The notes: a model not told the origin generated them from the sequence alone. Shown: positions 28,551-38,265, counted from the first letter of the stretch. The stretch: DNA of 64,000 nt from an uncultured Gammaproteobacteria bacterium (GCA_964540825.1 CAZINT010000003.1:83250-147249); one strand, 5' to 3'. Program-made: numbers and translations.

Positions 28551-29396
28551 ATGAACACAAAAAAGATTGCCCAAGTTTTCACCAGCCGCCCCACCATTGA
28601 GGGGGCTGGCGTAAAACTCCACCGCGGCTTTGCCAACGCCGAACTCCCCCGCTTCGATCCTTTTCTCCTGTTCGATGATTTCAGTTCGCCAAACCCGGCC
28701 GACTATTTGTCCGGTTTCCCCATGCACCCGCACCGCGGCATTGAAACGGTTACGTATATCTTAGACGGCGATGTTCGTCATCGCGACTCGATTGGTAACA
28801 GCGGTGTCATTGGCAAAGGCGACCTGCAGTGGATGAGCTCAGGCCGCGGGATCATTCACGAAGAAATGCCCGAGGGTACCGGCGGCATCAAGGGCTTCCA
28901 GCTCTGGATAAACATTCCTCAAAAAGACAAAATGTCCGCGCCGCGCTACCAGGAAATCAGCAATAAAATTATTCCGGTTATTTCACTCTCCGACCACGCG
29001 GTTGCTCGCGTGATTGCCGGGAATATTGGAAATGTTATTGGACCAGTGCAGGACGTTATAGCAAACCCAGTCTATCTCGATATCACGCTTGAACGGGGTG
29101 CCACACTCGACTTCCCTACCCCGGACGGATTCACGACATTCATCTACATTTTTGATGGAGCACTCGATACCCGAGAAAAAGAAAGTGTTGAACACAAAAA
29201 AGGCAGTATCATTTTATTTGAGCGTGCAGGTGAACTGGTTTCGGTTCGCGCTGGCGCAACAGACGCCCGATTCCTCCTGGTGTCAGGCAAACCACTGAAC
29301 GAACCGATCGCTTGGTATGGACCAATTGTGATGAATACCGAAGACGAAATTAAACAGGCATTTGAAGATCTGCGAACCGGAGCATTTATCAAATAA
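28551..29396 (+). CDS. Pirin family protein
   Basis: DPFLLFD, HPHRGIETVTY, GIIHEE and FQLW motifs. Confidence 0.95.
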   Translation: MNTKKIAQVFTSRPTIEGAGVKLHRGFANAELPRFDPFLLFDDFSSPNPADYLSGFPMHPHRGIETVTYILDGDVRHRDSIGNSGVIGKGDLQWMSSGRGIIHEEMPEGTGGIKGFQLWINIPQKDKMSAPRYQEISNKIIPVISLSDHAVARVIAGNIGNVIGPVQDVIANPVYLDITLERGATLDFPTPDGFTTFIYIFDGALDTREKESVEHKKGSIILFERAGELVSVRAGATDARFLLVSGKPLNEPIAWYGPIVMNTEDEIKQAFEDLRTGAFIK

Positions 29397-29516
29397 CTGC
29401 TCATTAAAAAACCTTTGTACTCAAAGGTTTTTTACTTTTCTTATGTACCAAGCGATTGTCAAAAATGATTTGCTCGTGTATCGTGGAAAGATACATTATT
29501 CGTGTCTAATAAATTT

Positions 29517-30551
29517 ATGAAAAAATCTTTTCTTCTTTTGGCACTGTTCGCCTTACTAAGTCTTCCATTCCAAACTCAAGCGGCCACCTGGAAAGCGCCA
29601 ACGCCCGACGGCTACACCCAAATCACCTGGGCCAAAGCAAACGGCATCAGCACATTTATGAAAGCGCCGGAAGGAAGCGGACACATTGATTTTCTGACCT
29701 TCATCTACTTGCCCTACAACCAAATTAAATTAATTGCTTCCTCTACTCCCAGACTCGATTGGGGCCAAGGCAAGACTCCTTTTGATACCAATGCCGACGT
29801 GCACAACTGGTCATTCGCCAAAACTGTTGCCGAAAAAACAAAACAAGCCACACCTACTGCACAGTTCGTGTGGAATGTTCCTTTCTTTAACTACACCATT
29901 CCCTCGTCCGACCTCAGTCTCGGTCTTAAATCAACTGACGCCACCAGCACCTACATTACAAGCGGCAGTCGCCCCGAAAATGATGTAGCCCAAGATCGCA
30001 AAATGCTCCTCATTGATAATAAAACCAATACGGCCGAAATTAGTGATTTTGATGCAGCACGTTTTGTCAGTTACGGCGACCAGGCAGTCGAAGGATTTGC
30101 CGCAACTGAAACCTGGAAAGGAACCGACACCGATGTTGCCCGCCTCTTTGTCGGCGTGCGCCCCGGCGGTAAAGAATTAGTTGTTTACTGCAGCCAAGGC
30201 GCCTCGCCCAACGAAGCGATCACTGCGCTTAATGCCGCTGGAGTTCCAACTGAAAATCAGTTGCAGGCAGATGGCGGTAGCAGTGCCACCTGCGGATATA
30301 ATTTAGCGGGACAATATTTTGTAGAACCGGGCCGCACGCTCACACATCTGATGGGCGCATTCCCCTTCATCGCTCGCGGCACAGTTACTACTGATAATCT
30401 TAACGTCCGCAAAGGCCCCGGCACTGCCTTCGCTGCCGTTCGCAAACTTAAAAAGGGCGCGGTGGTTACCGCTGTTGAAGAAAAGAATGGTTGGTACCGC
30501 ATCAGTGACAGTCAGGAATGGATAACTAAACAATACTTCAAGGCCCAATAA
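29517..30551 (+). CDS. Secreted protein with phosphodiester-glycosidase-like region and C-terminal SH3b domain
   Basis: Signal peptide, ADGGSS motif and LNVRKGPGT...GWYRI. Confidence 0.7.
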   Translation: MKKSFLLLALFALLSLPFQTQAATWKAPTPDGYTQITWAKANGISTFMKAPEGSGHIDFLTFIYLPYNQIKLIASSTPRLDWGQGKTPFDTNADVHNWSFAKTVAEKTKQATPTAQFVWNVPFFNYTIPSSDLSLGLKSTDATSTYITSGSRPENDVAQDRKMLLIDNKTNTAEISDFDAARFVSYGDQAVEGFAATETWKGTDTDVARLFVGVRPGGKELVVYCSQGASPNEAITALNAAGVPTENQLQADGGSSATCGYNLAGQYFVEPGRTLTHLMGAFPFIARGTVTTDNLNVRKGPGTAFAAVRKLKKGAVVTAVEEKNGWYRISDSQEWITKQYFKAQ

Positions 30552-30730
30552 AAACAATCGTCTTAAAAACACCTTCTTACTGAAGGTGTTTTTTTATAAC
30601 AAGTATAATCGATATGCCCTTATATCTATTGACAAAAACTTGTTTTTATACTATAGTGAATTATTGATTTTTGAGTATTTTATTTTACTTCCACAGAATA
30701 AAATACTGAGGAATTTTACAGAGGTAGATA

Positions 30731-31090
30731 ATGGAAAAACTAGGTGCCCGCCCGCATCTTCGGCTGTGCCCTTCACCTGCGGAAGGTGGATCAGAGCCAC
30801 CTCGCGAACCCTCACTTGAGGTAATCGAACCGAGCTTACCACCAGGAGTGCCGCAAACCCCCTTAACCCCTCAAGAGCATTCGACGCTCATGATCATCGG
30901 CCTCAGTCTGCGGGTACGAGCATGTCTTGCCATCATACACGCAGAGATAAATCGGCCGGAGGTTACCGTTTATCCCGGAACTTCGGCTGACGAGATACAG
31001 TCTGTTATCGATCTCATGGCCGAGTACGGTTGGAAAGGAACCTACTATAGCGATAAAAAAGATATTCTCTATATCTGTAGGGTCCGCTGA
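30731..31090 (+). CDS. SD-led orphan protein
   Basis: Promoter TTGACA 30629, 17 nt, TATAGT. Leader hairpin 30674-30707, GAGGT 30721-30725 and 3' hairpin 31101-31135. Confidence 0.65.
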   Translation: MEKLGARPHLRLCPSPAEGGSEPPREPSLEVIEPSLPPGVPQTPLTPQEHSTLMIIGLSLRVRACLAIIHAEINRPEVTVYPGTSADEIQSVIDLMAEYGWKGTYYSDKKDILYICRVR

Positions 31091-31225
31091 AATTCCCCCT
31101 GGCAGACGCCTCCACCCTGTGGAGACCCGTCTGCCGCCCCCAACTATTTTCTTTCTTGATTAGAGAAAATTGAGGCGGCCAATATCCACTTGCTCTTTTT
31201 TTCAAAAGAGTTACAGTACCTCTCT

Positions 31226-31483
31226 ATGAAAGAAATTACGCTCTATACCACAACCTATTGTCCCTACTGCCACCGGGCTAAGCAATTGCTCAATCAGCTT
31301 GCTTTAGAATACAAAGAAATAAATCTTTCAAATAACGATAAACTTCGTGAAGAGCTTACCGAAAAATACAGCTGGTACACCGTACCCATGATCACGATTG
31401 GAGACGAATTTATTGGCGGGTTTGATGATTTACATAAGTTACACCAGCAAGGAAGACTGATCGACAAGCTACATGGTGAATAA
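31226..31483 (+). CDS. grxC: Glutaredoxin
   Basis: CPYC, TVP and IGGFDDL motifs. Confidence 0.9.
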   Translation: MKEITLYTTTYCPYCHRAKQLLNQLALEYKEINLSNNDKLREELTEKYSWYTVPMITIGDEFIGGFDDLHKLHQQGRLIDKLHGE

Positions 31484-31615
31484 AAAATAAATTGCTTAAA
31501 ATCCGTAAACGCTACGGATTTTTTTATTTTTAAAAAACTTGTCAAAAAAACTTCAAGCAGGTAGTATGGCCCCACCTCTAAACGCGCCCCCGTAAGGCGT
31601 ATAAGGAGCAGTCAC

Positions 31616-32503
31616 ATGACCCAGCGTCGCCACCTCGCCACACCCCAACCGAACCTGTTTACCGTCCGCGTGAAACGGATCGCGGCTAACATCAAGCGCT
31701 GGCTTGCCAGGCACGGTGTCACCGCGCCCGTCACAACAGCGATCACGCTCGGGAGCGGTCTCGGCGGCTACGGCTCCGACCACCCCTCGGCTATCACGAT
31801 CCCGTATGCGAAGGTCGGCCTGCCAAAGTGCGGCATGGTCGGGCACGCCGGAGTCCTCCGCTTCATGCAGGTCGGCAAGCACGGCATCCTCATCTTCGAC
31901 GGACGTGCGCACGGGTACGAAGGCTATCCGATCGAGTCCGTGGTCATGGCCGTGCGCGCTGCGGCGTTCGCGGGCGCCACGACGCAGGTCATCACCTGCG
32001 CGTCGGGCGGCATCAACCCCAACTACGTTGCCGGCCAGCTGGTGGTCATCAAAGACCACCTGAACCTGATGGGCCGGAACCCCCTCACGGGCAGGAACGA
32101 TCAGAAGCATGGACCGCGCTTCCCCGACATGACGCAAGCGTACGATCCGGAACTCCGCACCCTCGCCGGCAACGCCGGAAAGGCCATCGGTCTCACCCTC
32201 GCCGAGGGTGTTTACGCGGCGCTCAGCGGCCCCAACTACGAGACTCCGGCCGAGGTCCGCATGCTCAGCATCCTCGGCGCTGACATGGTGGGCATGTCCA
32301 CCGTGCCCGAGGTGCTCGCGCTGCGTCACCTCAGCGTCCGCGTCCTTGGCATATCGTGCATCGCCAACAAGGCCGCGAGCACCAACCAAGAGCCGCTCAG
32401 CCACGACGAAGTGGTCGCGGCCGGACGCAACGCCGCACCCCGCTTCAAGATGCTCCTCGACGGTATCGTCGAATCGCTCCCCCTCCCCGAAACCACGGCC
32501 TAA
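31616..32503 (+). CDS. punA: Purine-nucleoside phosphorylase (trimeric PunA/XapA type), GC-rich and SD-led
   Basis: LGSGLG, GHAG, GRAHGYEGY, GPNYETPAE and VGMSTVPE motifs. AAGGAG at 31603-31608. Confidence 0.9.
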   Translation: MTQRRHLATPQPNLFTVRVKRIAANIKRWLARHGVTAPVTTAITLGSGLGGYGSDHPSAITIPYAKVGLPKCGMVGHAGVLRFMQVGKHGILIFDGRAHGYEGYPIESVVMAVRAAAFAGATTQVITCASGGINPNYVAGQLVVIKDHLNLMGRNPLTGRNDQKHGPRFPDMTQAYDPELRTLAGNAGKAIGLTLAEGVYAALSGPNYETPAEVRMLSILGADMVGMSTVPEVLALRHLSVRVLGISCIANKAASTNQEPLSHDEVVAAGRNAAPRFKMLLDGIVESLPLPETTA

Positions 32504-32550
32504 ACGGCCGAACCGTTCTTAGAGTAACGCAAGGGTAGACGGGCGAGTCA

Positions 32551-32656
32551 GCAAGATCGCCCTACTACCATATTTCGCAGCATTTCTGCTACGAAGTATG
32601 GTGGCGATCTTGCCTATATATACTTTTTAAAAAATCCCTATGCCGGGGATTTTTTT
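32551..32656 (+). terminator. Long bulged hairpin followed by an intrinsic terminator
   Basis: GCAAGATCGCC[ctact]ACCATATTTCG...CGAAGTATGGTGGCGATCTTGC, then AAAAAATCCC...GGGATTTTTT. Confidence 0.75.
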
Positions 32657-32734
32657 AATTTACACAGTAACCTGTAACATTTACCCCTTCTCGGGTATTA
32701 TCTTTATAGACGGATTAATCCTCTAGTACATTTT

Positions 32735-33268
32735 ATGACTCTTAGCGAAGAAACAGCTTTGGTTAAACGTGCCAAAAGCGGCAACAAAGAAGCCCTGGGA
32801 CTTCTTTTTGAATCACTGACCCCAAAACTCTACGGGTATCTTTTAAACACGCTAAAAGATAGACCGCTTGCCGAAGATATCGTGCAACAAACCTGGATCA
32901 AAGCGACGACCGCCTTGCCACGTTTTGAACTGCGCAGCATCCCCTTTGGCGCCTGGCTCTTTGCGATTGCCAAAAATGAATGCCGGCAACACTGGCGCAA
33001 ACACACTCCCGATTCGCTGGAACACATACCAGAAAGTGAACACGCCGTCACCACTACCGAACAACAAACTATCGAACACCATATTCTTATCGATCAACTC
33101 CTCGCCAAACTCTCACCCGAAGATCAAGAAATTTTACGCCTCAGGTATATTGCGGATTTGTCGTTTGAAGCTATTGCCGCTGTAGCAACTATTTCCTCAC
33201 TCACTGCCCGCGTCCGTTTGCACCGCGCGCTCAAACGCGCTCGAATTATTTTACAAAATACTAAGTAG
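32735..33268 (+). CDS. ECF RNA polymerase sigma factor
   Basis: AEDIVQQTW, FGAWLFAIAKN and region 4 RVRLHRAL. Confidence 0.92.
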   Translation: MTLSEETALVKRAKSGNKEALGLLFESLTPKLYGYLLNTLKDRPLAEDIVQQTWIKATTALPRFELRSIPFGAWLFAIAKNECRQHWRKHTPDSLEHIPESEHAVTTTEQQTIEHHILIDQLLAKLSPEDQEILRLRYIADLSFEAIAAVATISSLTARVRLHRALKRARIILQNTK

Positions 33269-33275
33269 CCCGTGT

Positions 33276-34475
33276 ATGCAATTTACTCCTTCCGAATTCA
33301 AAAATGCCCTCACCGCGTGGGGCAAAGACCAACGCATTCCTTTTCCCCAAAGCGAAGCACTTAAAAAAACTATTCTTACACTACAACCGGAACAACCGAC
33401 CACTCGTTATTTCAAACGCGGGTGGCTGGCCGGTTTTGCTCTTGCGAGCATTGCCGTTCTGATCCTTTTCGTCAACCACACTTCCCGCCCGGAATACAGC
33501 TCGAGTACAGTAAGCCTGCACCAGAAAGCCGGAATAGCTAGCGATTCGGCCGCCAATAAACTAAGTGACAGGGCCGCTGAAGATTTGGGTATGGAATATG
33601 CCGAACCTACCGGTCTTGATTCGGCCGCACTACCCGATGAAATAAAAACAGCTCCACCCCTCTTTCAAGATACCGCCGAAATTTCTGCGCGCGATACACG
33701 TGAATACCTTAAAACAGATTATTCAGCAGGGGTTGAAACACGCGCGGTCACCAAACTCACGCTTCAGTTAGAAACACTTGTTCGCGGACATGGCGGACGC
33801 ATCGATAGCTTTTCATCCAACAGTCGGTACGGTTCCCTCACTTTTGTCTTGCCAAAAAAATCATTAGAAGCGTTTCGGAGCGAACTTGTCGGCCTCGTAC
33901 CCGAGCGTTTTTTGAATGAAACAATTCAAGCTCAAAATCTTCTGCCGCAAAAAAATGATCTTGACGACGAGCAGGCGAGCAGTGAAGCAGAACTCAAGCG
34001 TGCCCAAGATGCCGAGACTGCCCTTATTAAAACGCATACTCAAACAGTTACCAACTTGCAGGCACAAATAAACACGCACATCAAAAGTATTCAAGCACTT
34101 TCACGGGCCACAGCCCCTACCCCCGAAGAAGCGACGCGCATTGCAGCCAGTATCACCGCCCACAATCAAAGTATCGCTTATCTGCGCCGCCAATTGACCG
34201 AAGAAAACGCCAGCTTTGCACGTAAGCAGACTGACAGCGAAGAAACAATTACCTACCTGCAAAGCGAACTTGCTTCACTTAAAAAACAAAACACTCAGCT
34301 GATTGATTCAGCGGAAACAATTCAGGGCTCTATCTCTATTTCGCGGATAACCTTTGGCGAATTTCTTGAAGCCTACCTTCCTTATTTCCGAGAAATTCTT
34401 TTCGTTATCGGAGTCCTGGGCGCTGGCCTCTACTGGCGCTTTGGGCGCACTCGCCGGCTACAGCTCCCGAGCTAA
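33276..34475 (+). CDS. Putative anti-sigma / DUF4349-like membrane protein
   Basis: Adjacent to the ECF sigma gene. TM helix, GGRIDS segment, coiled coil and C-terminal TM helix. Confidence 0.65.
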   Translation: MQFTPSEFKNALTAWGKDQRIPFPQSEALKKTILTLQPEQPTTRYFKRGWLAGFALASIAVLILFVNHTSRPEYSSSTVSLHQKAGIASDSAANKLSDRAAEDLGMEYAEPTGLDSAALPDEIKTAPPLFQDTAEISARDTREYLKTDYSAGVETRAVTKLTLQLETLVRGHGGRIDSFSSNSRYGSLTFVLPKKSLEAFRSELVGLVPERFLNETIQAQNLLPQKNDLDDEQASSEAELKRAQDAETALIKTHTQTVTNLQAQINTHIKSIQALSRATAPTPEEATRIAASITAHNQSIAYLRRQLTEENASFARKQTDSEETITYLQSELASLKKQNTQLIDSAETIQGSISISRITFGEFLEAYLPYFREILFVIGVLGAGLYWRFGRTRRLQLPS

Positions 34476-34550
34476 CAGCTCTGTCTGCCCCCCGCCCCTC
34501 TTGCCATGCAAGGAAAGCAGCGGTACACTCAGAGCATCTCATGTAGCTCT

Positions 34551-35066
34551 ATGCCCAAAAATATCGTCATCGTTGTACTCATTATTTTTACCGGAATCAG
34601 TGGATTTTATTTTTGGAAATCGCGCAGACTAATTCCAGCACCTCGCCCTGAAGTACTTTTGCCCTCACTCTTGCCAGCAGGATGGGACACCAACCTTACG
34701 CCCGAGCAGTACAGAATTTTACGCGACAAAGATACTGAGCGGCCATTCACGAGCCCCCTCCTCCACGAAAAACGTCCGGGCACCTATGTGACCGCGGACT
34801 GCGGCGAACCCGTATTCCGTTCCGAACAAAAATACGACTCCGGCACCGGCTGGCCAAGCTTTTGGGCTCCAATCAGCGAAGATGCCGTGGTGCTCGAAGC
34901 GGACTATCAACTTCTTCTGCCACGCACTGAAGTACTATCTAAATGCGGCGGACACCTCGGGCATGTGTTTGATGACGGTCCAGCACCAACCGGTAAACGA
35001 TACTGCATGAACGGCCTCGCCCTCCGATTTATTCCCGACGAGGCGCCAACTTCGACTTCGCCCTAA
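34551..35066 (+). CDS. msrB: Peptide-methionine (R)-S-oxide reductase with N-terminal anchor
   Basis: KYDSGTGWPSF, HLGHVFDDGP and RYCMNG motifs. Confidence 0.95.
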   Translation: MPKNIVIVVLIIFTGISGFYFWKSRRLIPAPRPEVLLPSLLPAGWDTNLTPEQYRILRDKDTERPFTSPLLHEKRPGTYVTADCGEPVFRSEQKYDSGTGWPSFWAPISEDAVVLEADYQLLLPRTEVLSKCGGHLGHVFDDGPAPTGKRYCMNGLALRFIPDEAPTSTSP

Positions 35067-35076
35067 CACTCGTTAC

Positions 35077-35289
35077 ATGCCAGAAATAATCAAAAATTCA
35101 GTTAATCAACTCCGTCTGAAGGCAGCTGTTACCCAAGAAGATTTTGCGGCCGCGATTGGCGTAACCCGTCAGACGGTGAGTGCGATTGAGAAAGGAAACT
35201 ATACCCCTTCAGTTTTACTCGCTTTAAAAATTGCCCGCTTTTTTAAAAAAAGAGTTGAGGATATTTTTTCTATTACCTATGAAAAATAA
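35077..35289 (+). CDS. XRE/HTH_3 regulator
   Basis: TQEDFAAAIGVTRQTVSAIEKGNYTPS. Confidence 0.92.
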   Translation: MPEIIKNSVNQLRLKAAVTQEDFAAAIGVTRQTVSAIEKGNYTPSVLLALKIARFFKKRVEDIFSITYEK

Positions 35290-35650
35290 TTCCCTTGTTA
35301 CAGAGCTTGCTTTGTCTGCCCTGCTCATCACCATCGCTGCTTGTTTTTTTACGCCACTCCAAACTATCTGGATGCCAAGCATGGTACACAGTTTTTTTCT
35401 TATCGGACTAGCATTGGTTTTTTGTGTTTTTGCTGTTTTCGTCTGGAAAGAACGCGCCCTGGACGAACGAGAAGAGCAGCAGCGCCTCATGACGGGACGA
35501 ATTGGTTTTTTGGCGGGAGCGGGCCTGCTGGTTGCCGGTATTATCATCCAAACATTGCGTCACGAACTCGATACCTGGCTTATCATCACACTCTCCGGCA
35601 TGGTTCTCGCGAAACTCATTACCCGCCTTTCGATGGGACTTCGCGGCTAG
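35279..35650 (+). CDS. Membrane protein (DUF2178-like, DERE motif)
   Basis: Four TM helices with LDERE. Overlaps the end of the XRE gene. Confidence 0.7.
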   Translation: MKNNSLVTELALSALLITIAACFFTPLQTIWMPSMVHSFFLIGLALVFCVFAVFVWKERALDEREEQQRLMTGRIGFLAGAGLLVAGIIIQTLRHELDTWLIITLSGMVLAKLITRLSMGLRG

Positions 35651-35670
35651 ATTAAACTTATCCACATGAT

Positions 35671-35712
35671 AATGTAAAGTTAACTTTACATTGTTTTTTT
35701 TCGTTATATACT
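35671..35712 (+). promoter_or_regulatory. 22-bp perfect palindrome (operator) overlapping a promoter
   Basis: AATGTAAAGTTAACTTTACATT overlaps the -35 TTTACA. TATACT is at 35707. Confidence 0.75.
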
Positions 35713-35740
35713 ATAGCTATTATTAACTAATTTTTTCGCT

Positions 35741-36367
35741 ATGCGGAACAAATTCTTTCTACTCATACTTGCTGGTGCCGGGCTTATGCTGGCTGGCGCA
35801 GGCTGTGAAAAGGCTGCTATGACCACAAACACCCCCTCAAACTCAGCTGCAATGCATGGCGAATCCATGCCAAAAACGGATGGTGCGATGATGGATCACG
35901 ATGACGCGATGACAGACCGCCAAGACACCATGATGAAAGATGATGCCAGTGCCGATGCAATGAAAAAGGACGACGCGATGATGAAAGACAAAGCCGCCGG
36001 AGACACCATGATGAAAGATGACAAAAAAGAAGGCGCCATGATGGACGACAAAAAAAGTGCCGGCACCTACGAAGACTACGCCGCCAGTAAACTGGCCTGG
36101 GCCAAAGACGGCAAAGTAATTCTCTTTTTCAAAGCCTCGTGGTGCCCAACATGTCAGGCAGTTGATAAAGATATTCTTGCCCATCTTGGAAATATCCCCG
36201 GCAAAACATACATTTTGAAAGTCGACTACGACACGTCAGCCGAACTCAAGAAAAAATACGGCGTTACTTACCAACACACCTTTGTTCAAGTAGACACAAA
36301 CGGAACGATGATCAAAAAATGGAGCGGAAGCCCAACGCTGGCCGCTTTGACTGCTGAAATTAAATAA
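35741..36367 (+). CDS. Thioredoxin-like lipoprotein with Met-rich repeats
   Basis: Lipobox GAG-C, (D/G)xMMKDD repeats and WCPTC active site. Confidence 0.88.
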   Translation: MRNKFFLLILAGAGLMLAGAGCEKAAMTTNTPSNSAAMHGESMPKTDGAMMDHDDAMTDRQDTMMKDDASADAMKKDDAMMKDKAAGDTMMKDDKKEGAMMDDKKSAGTYEDYAASKLAWAKDGKVILFFKASWCPTCQAVDKDILAHLGNIPGKTYILKVDYDTSAELKKKYGVTYQHTFVQVDTNGTMIKKWSGSPTLAALTAEIK

Positions 36368-36368
36368 C

Positions 36369-38114
36369 ATGCTACTCTTACTTCTTTCATTCACAGCTGG
36401 AGTTCTGACTGTTCTGGCGCCCTGTACCTTGCCGCTCCTGCCGATTATTATCGGCGGGTCGGCGGGCGGGACTTCCAAGCGAAGCCCGTATATTATTACT
36501 TTAGCGCTTGCCGGCGGGATTGTACTGTTTACGCTGCTTCTTAAATTCAGCACGCTGTTTATCAATATTCCCCAAAACGTCTGGAGTATTATTTCTGGCT
36601 CGATTATTATCATCCTGGGCATTACAAATGTCTTTCCTGTTCTCTGGGAAAAAATCAACATAGGGCTTGGCCTCGGCAGCCGATCGAGTCAGCTGCTTTC
36701 GGAGTCTGCCGCTCACAAAAACCGCTGGGGCGACATACTCATCGGCCTCTCGCTCGGCCCGGTTTTCTCGAGCTGTTCACCGACCTACTTCTTGATCTTG
36801 GCTACTGTCCTGCCGCGCAGCTTGGCTGTCGGCACATTGTATCTTGTCGCTTACGCGCTTGGGCTCGCACTCATTCTTCTCTTGGTTAGCATCTTGGGAC
36901 GGCGCTTTACTGCTCGTGCTGCTTGGGCTACTGATCCAAAAGGCTGGTTTAAACGCGGACTTGGGGTAGTGTTTATTATTATCGGCTTAGTTATCTTTAC
37001 GGGTACGGACAAAAAAATCCAAACGTATCTGGTACAAAACAACTATTACCCCGGCGGATCACTTGAACAAAGCCTGATTGAACGCTTTAACAATACTTCC
37101 CTCGAGCCGCAAGCAGACACAGCTTCAGCAACAACCATGCCTACGGATATGACCAAAAATTTTCCGCGCTACCGCGAAATTACTAATCCTGCCGGTTACG
37201 TCAATACACCGCCGGTCAAACTGGCCGATTTGATCGGTAAAAAAGTCATCCTCGTTGATTTCATGACCTACAGCTGCATCAACTGCATCCGAACGTTTCC
37301 CTATCTCAATGCTTGGTACGATAAATATAAAGATGATGGGCTCGAAATCGTTGGCATCCACACGCCGGAATTTGCCTTTGAACACAAACAAGCCAATGTG
37401 GAAAAAGCACTTGCTGAATTTGGCATTAAATTTCCTGTTGTTCTTGATAATGACTATGGTACCTGGAACGCCTATGGCAATAATTATTGGCCACGCAAAT
37501 ACCTGATTGATATCGATGGCTATATTGTCTACGATCACATTGGCGAAGGCAACTACGACGAAACCGAAGCAAAAATCCAAGAACTGTTGCAAGAAAAAAT
37601 GCTGCGCGACCACGCAACAACAACACTCGAAACCTCATTGGTTACTATTCCAGCTCGCACCCCAAACCGTGTAGCTAGCCCGGAAACATATTTCGGCGCT
37701 GATCGTAACCGAAACTTTGCCAACGGTGACGCAGGTAAGCTTGGAACCCAGACCATTACCGGAAATGTAACCGGCAAACTCAACGACCTCAACCTCCTTG
37801 GTACCTGGAATTTTAACCGGGAATACACCGAAGCGTCTGCCGGCGCCACCATCAGCTATCGCTATAGCGCAGCCCACGTCTTTTTTGTTGGCAGTGCTAC
37901 CAAAGCCGTACGCGTAGAAGTGCTTGAAGACGGCAAACCACTACCTCAAGATGCGGCCGGAAAAGATATCGAATACATTAATGGAAAAAGTTACGTAACC
38001 GTACAGGAAGACCGACTTTATGAACTTGTCAAAAACCTCGGCAGCGAAGAGCATACCCTGGAACTTAAAATTGAAGGTGGGGGTTTGAAAGCGTATACAT
38101 TTACGTTTGGCTAA
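36369..38114 (+). CDS. DipZ-like CcdA-thioredoxin fusion
   Basis: LAPCTLPLLP CcdA domain, TYSCINCIR, HTPEFAFE, NNYWP and SPETYFG motifs. Confidence 0.9.
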   Translation: MLLLLLSFTAGVLTVLAPCTLPLLPIIIGGSAGGTSKRSPYIITLALAGGIVLFTLLLKFSTLFINIPQNVWSIISGSIIIILGITNVFPVLWEKINIGLGLGSRSSQLLSESAAHKNRWGDILIGLSLGPVFSSCSPTYFLILATVLPRSLAVGTLYLVAYALGLALILLLVSILGRRFTARAAWATDPKGWFKRGLGVVFIIIGLVIFTGTDKKIQTYLVQNNYYPGGSLEQSLIERFNNTSLEPQADTASATTMPTDMTKNFPRYREITNPAGYVNTPPVKLADLIGKKVILVDFMTYSCINCIRTFPYLNAWYDKYKDDGLEIVGIHTPEFAFEHKQANVEKALAEFGIKFPVVLDNDYGTWNAYGNNYWPRKYLIDIDGYIVYDHIGEGNYDETEAKIQELLQEKMLRDHATTTLETSLVTIPARTPNRVASPETYFGADRNRNFANGDAGKLGTQTITGNVTGKLNDLNLLGTWNFNREYTEASAGATISYRYSAAHVFFVGSATKAVRVEVLEDGKPLPQDAAGKDIEYINGKSYVTVQEDRLYELVKNLGSEEHTLELKIEGGGLKAYTFTFG

Positions 38115-38140
38115 ACCCCATTAAATTAAAACTTTGTGTA

Positions 38141-38178
38141 AAAAATAAAAATTCGCTGAACAGCGAATTTTTATTTTT
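38141..38178. terminator. Bidirectional terminator
   Basis: AAAAATAAAAATTCGCTG/CAGCGAATTTTTATTTTT between convergent genes. Confidence 0.85.
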
Positions 38179-38265
38179 AAAATGCATGCAAGGTGAGCCT
38201 TAGTCTAAAGCTATTCTTGGATGCGCCGAACGGTCGAGTGACCGTTCGGGTGGTGGGGCGTTTAC

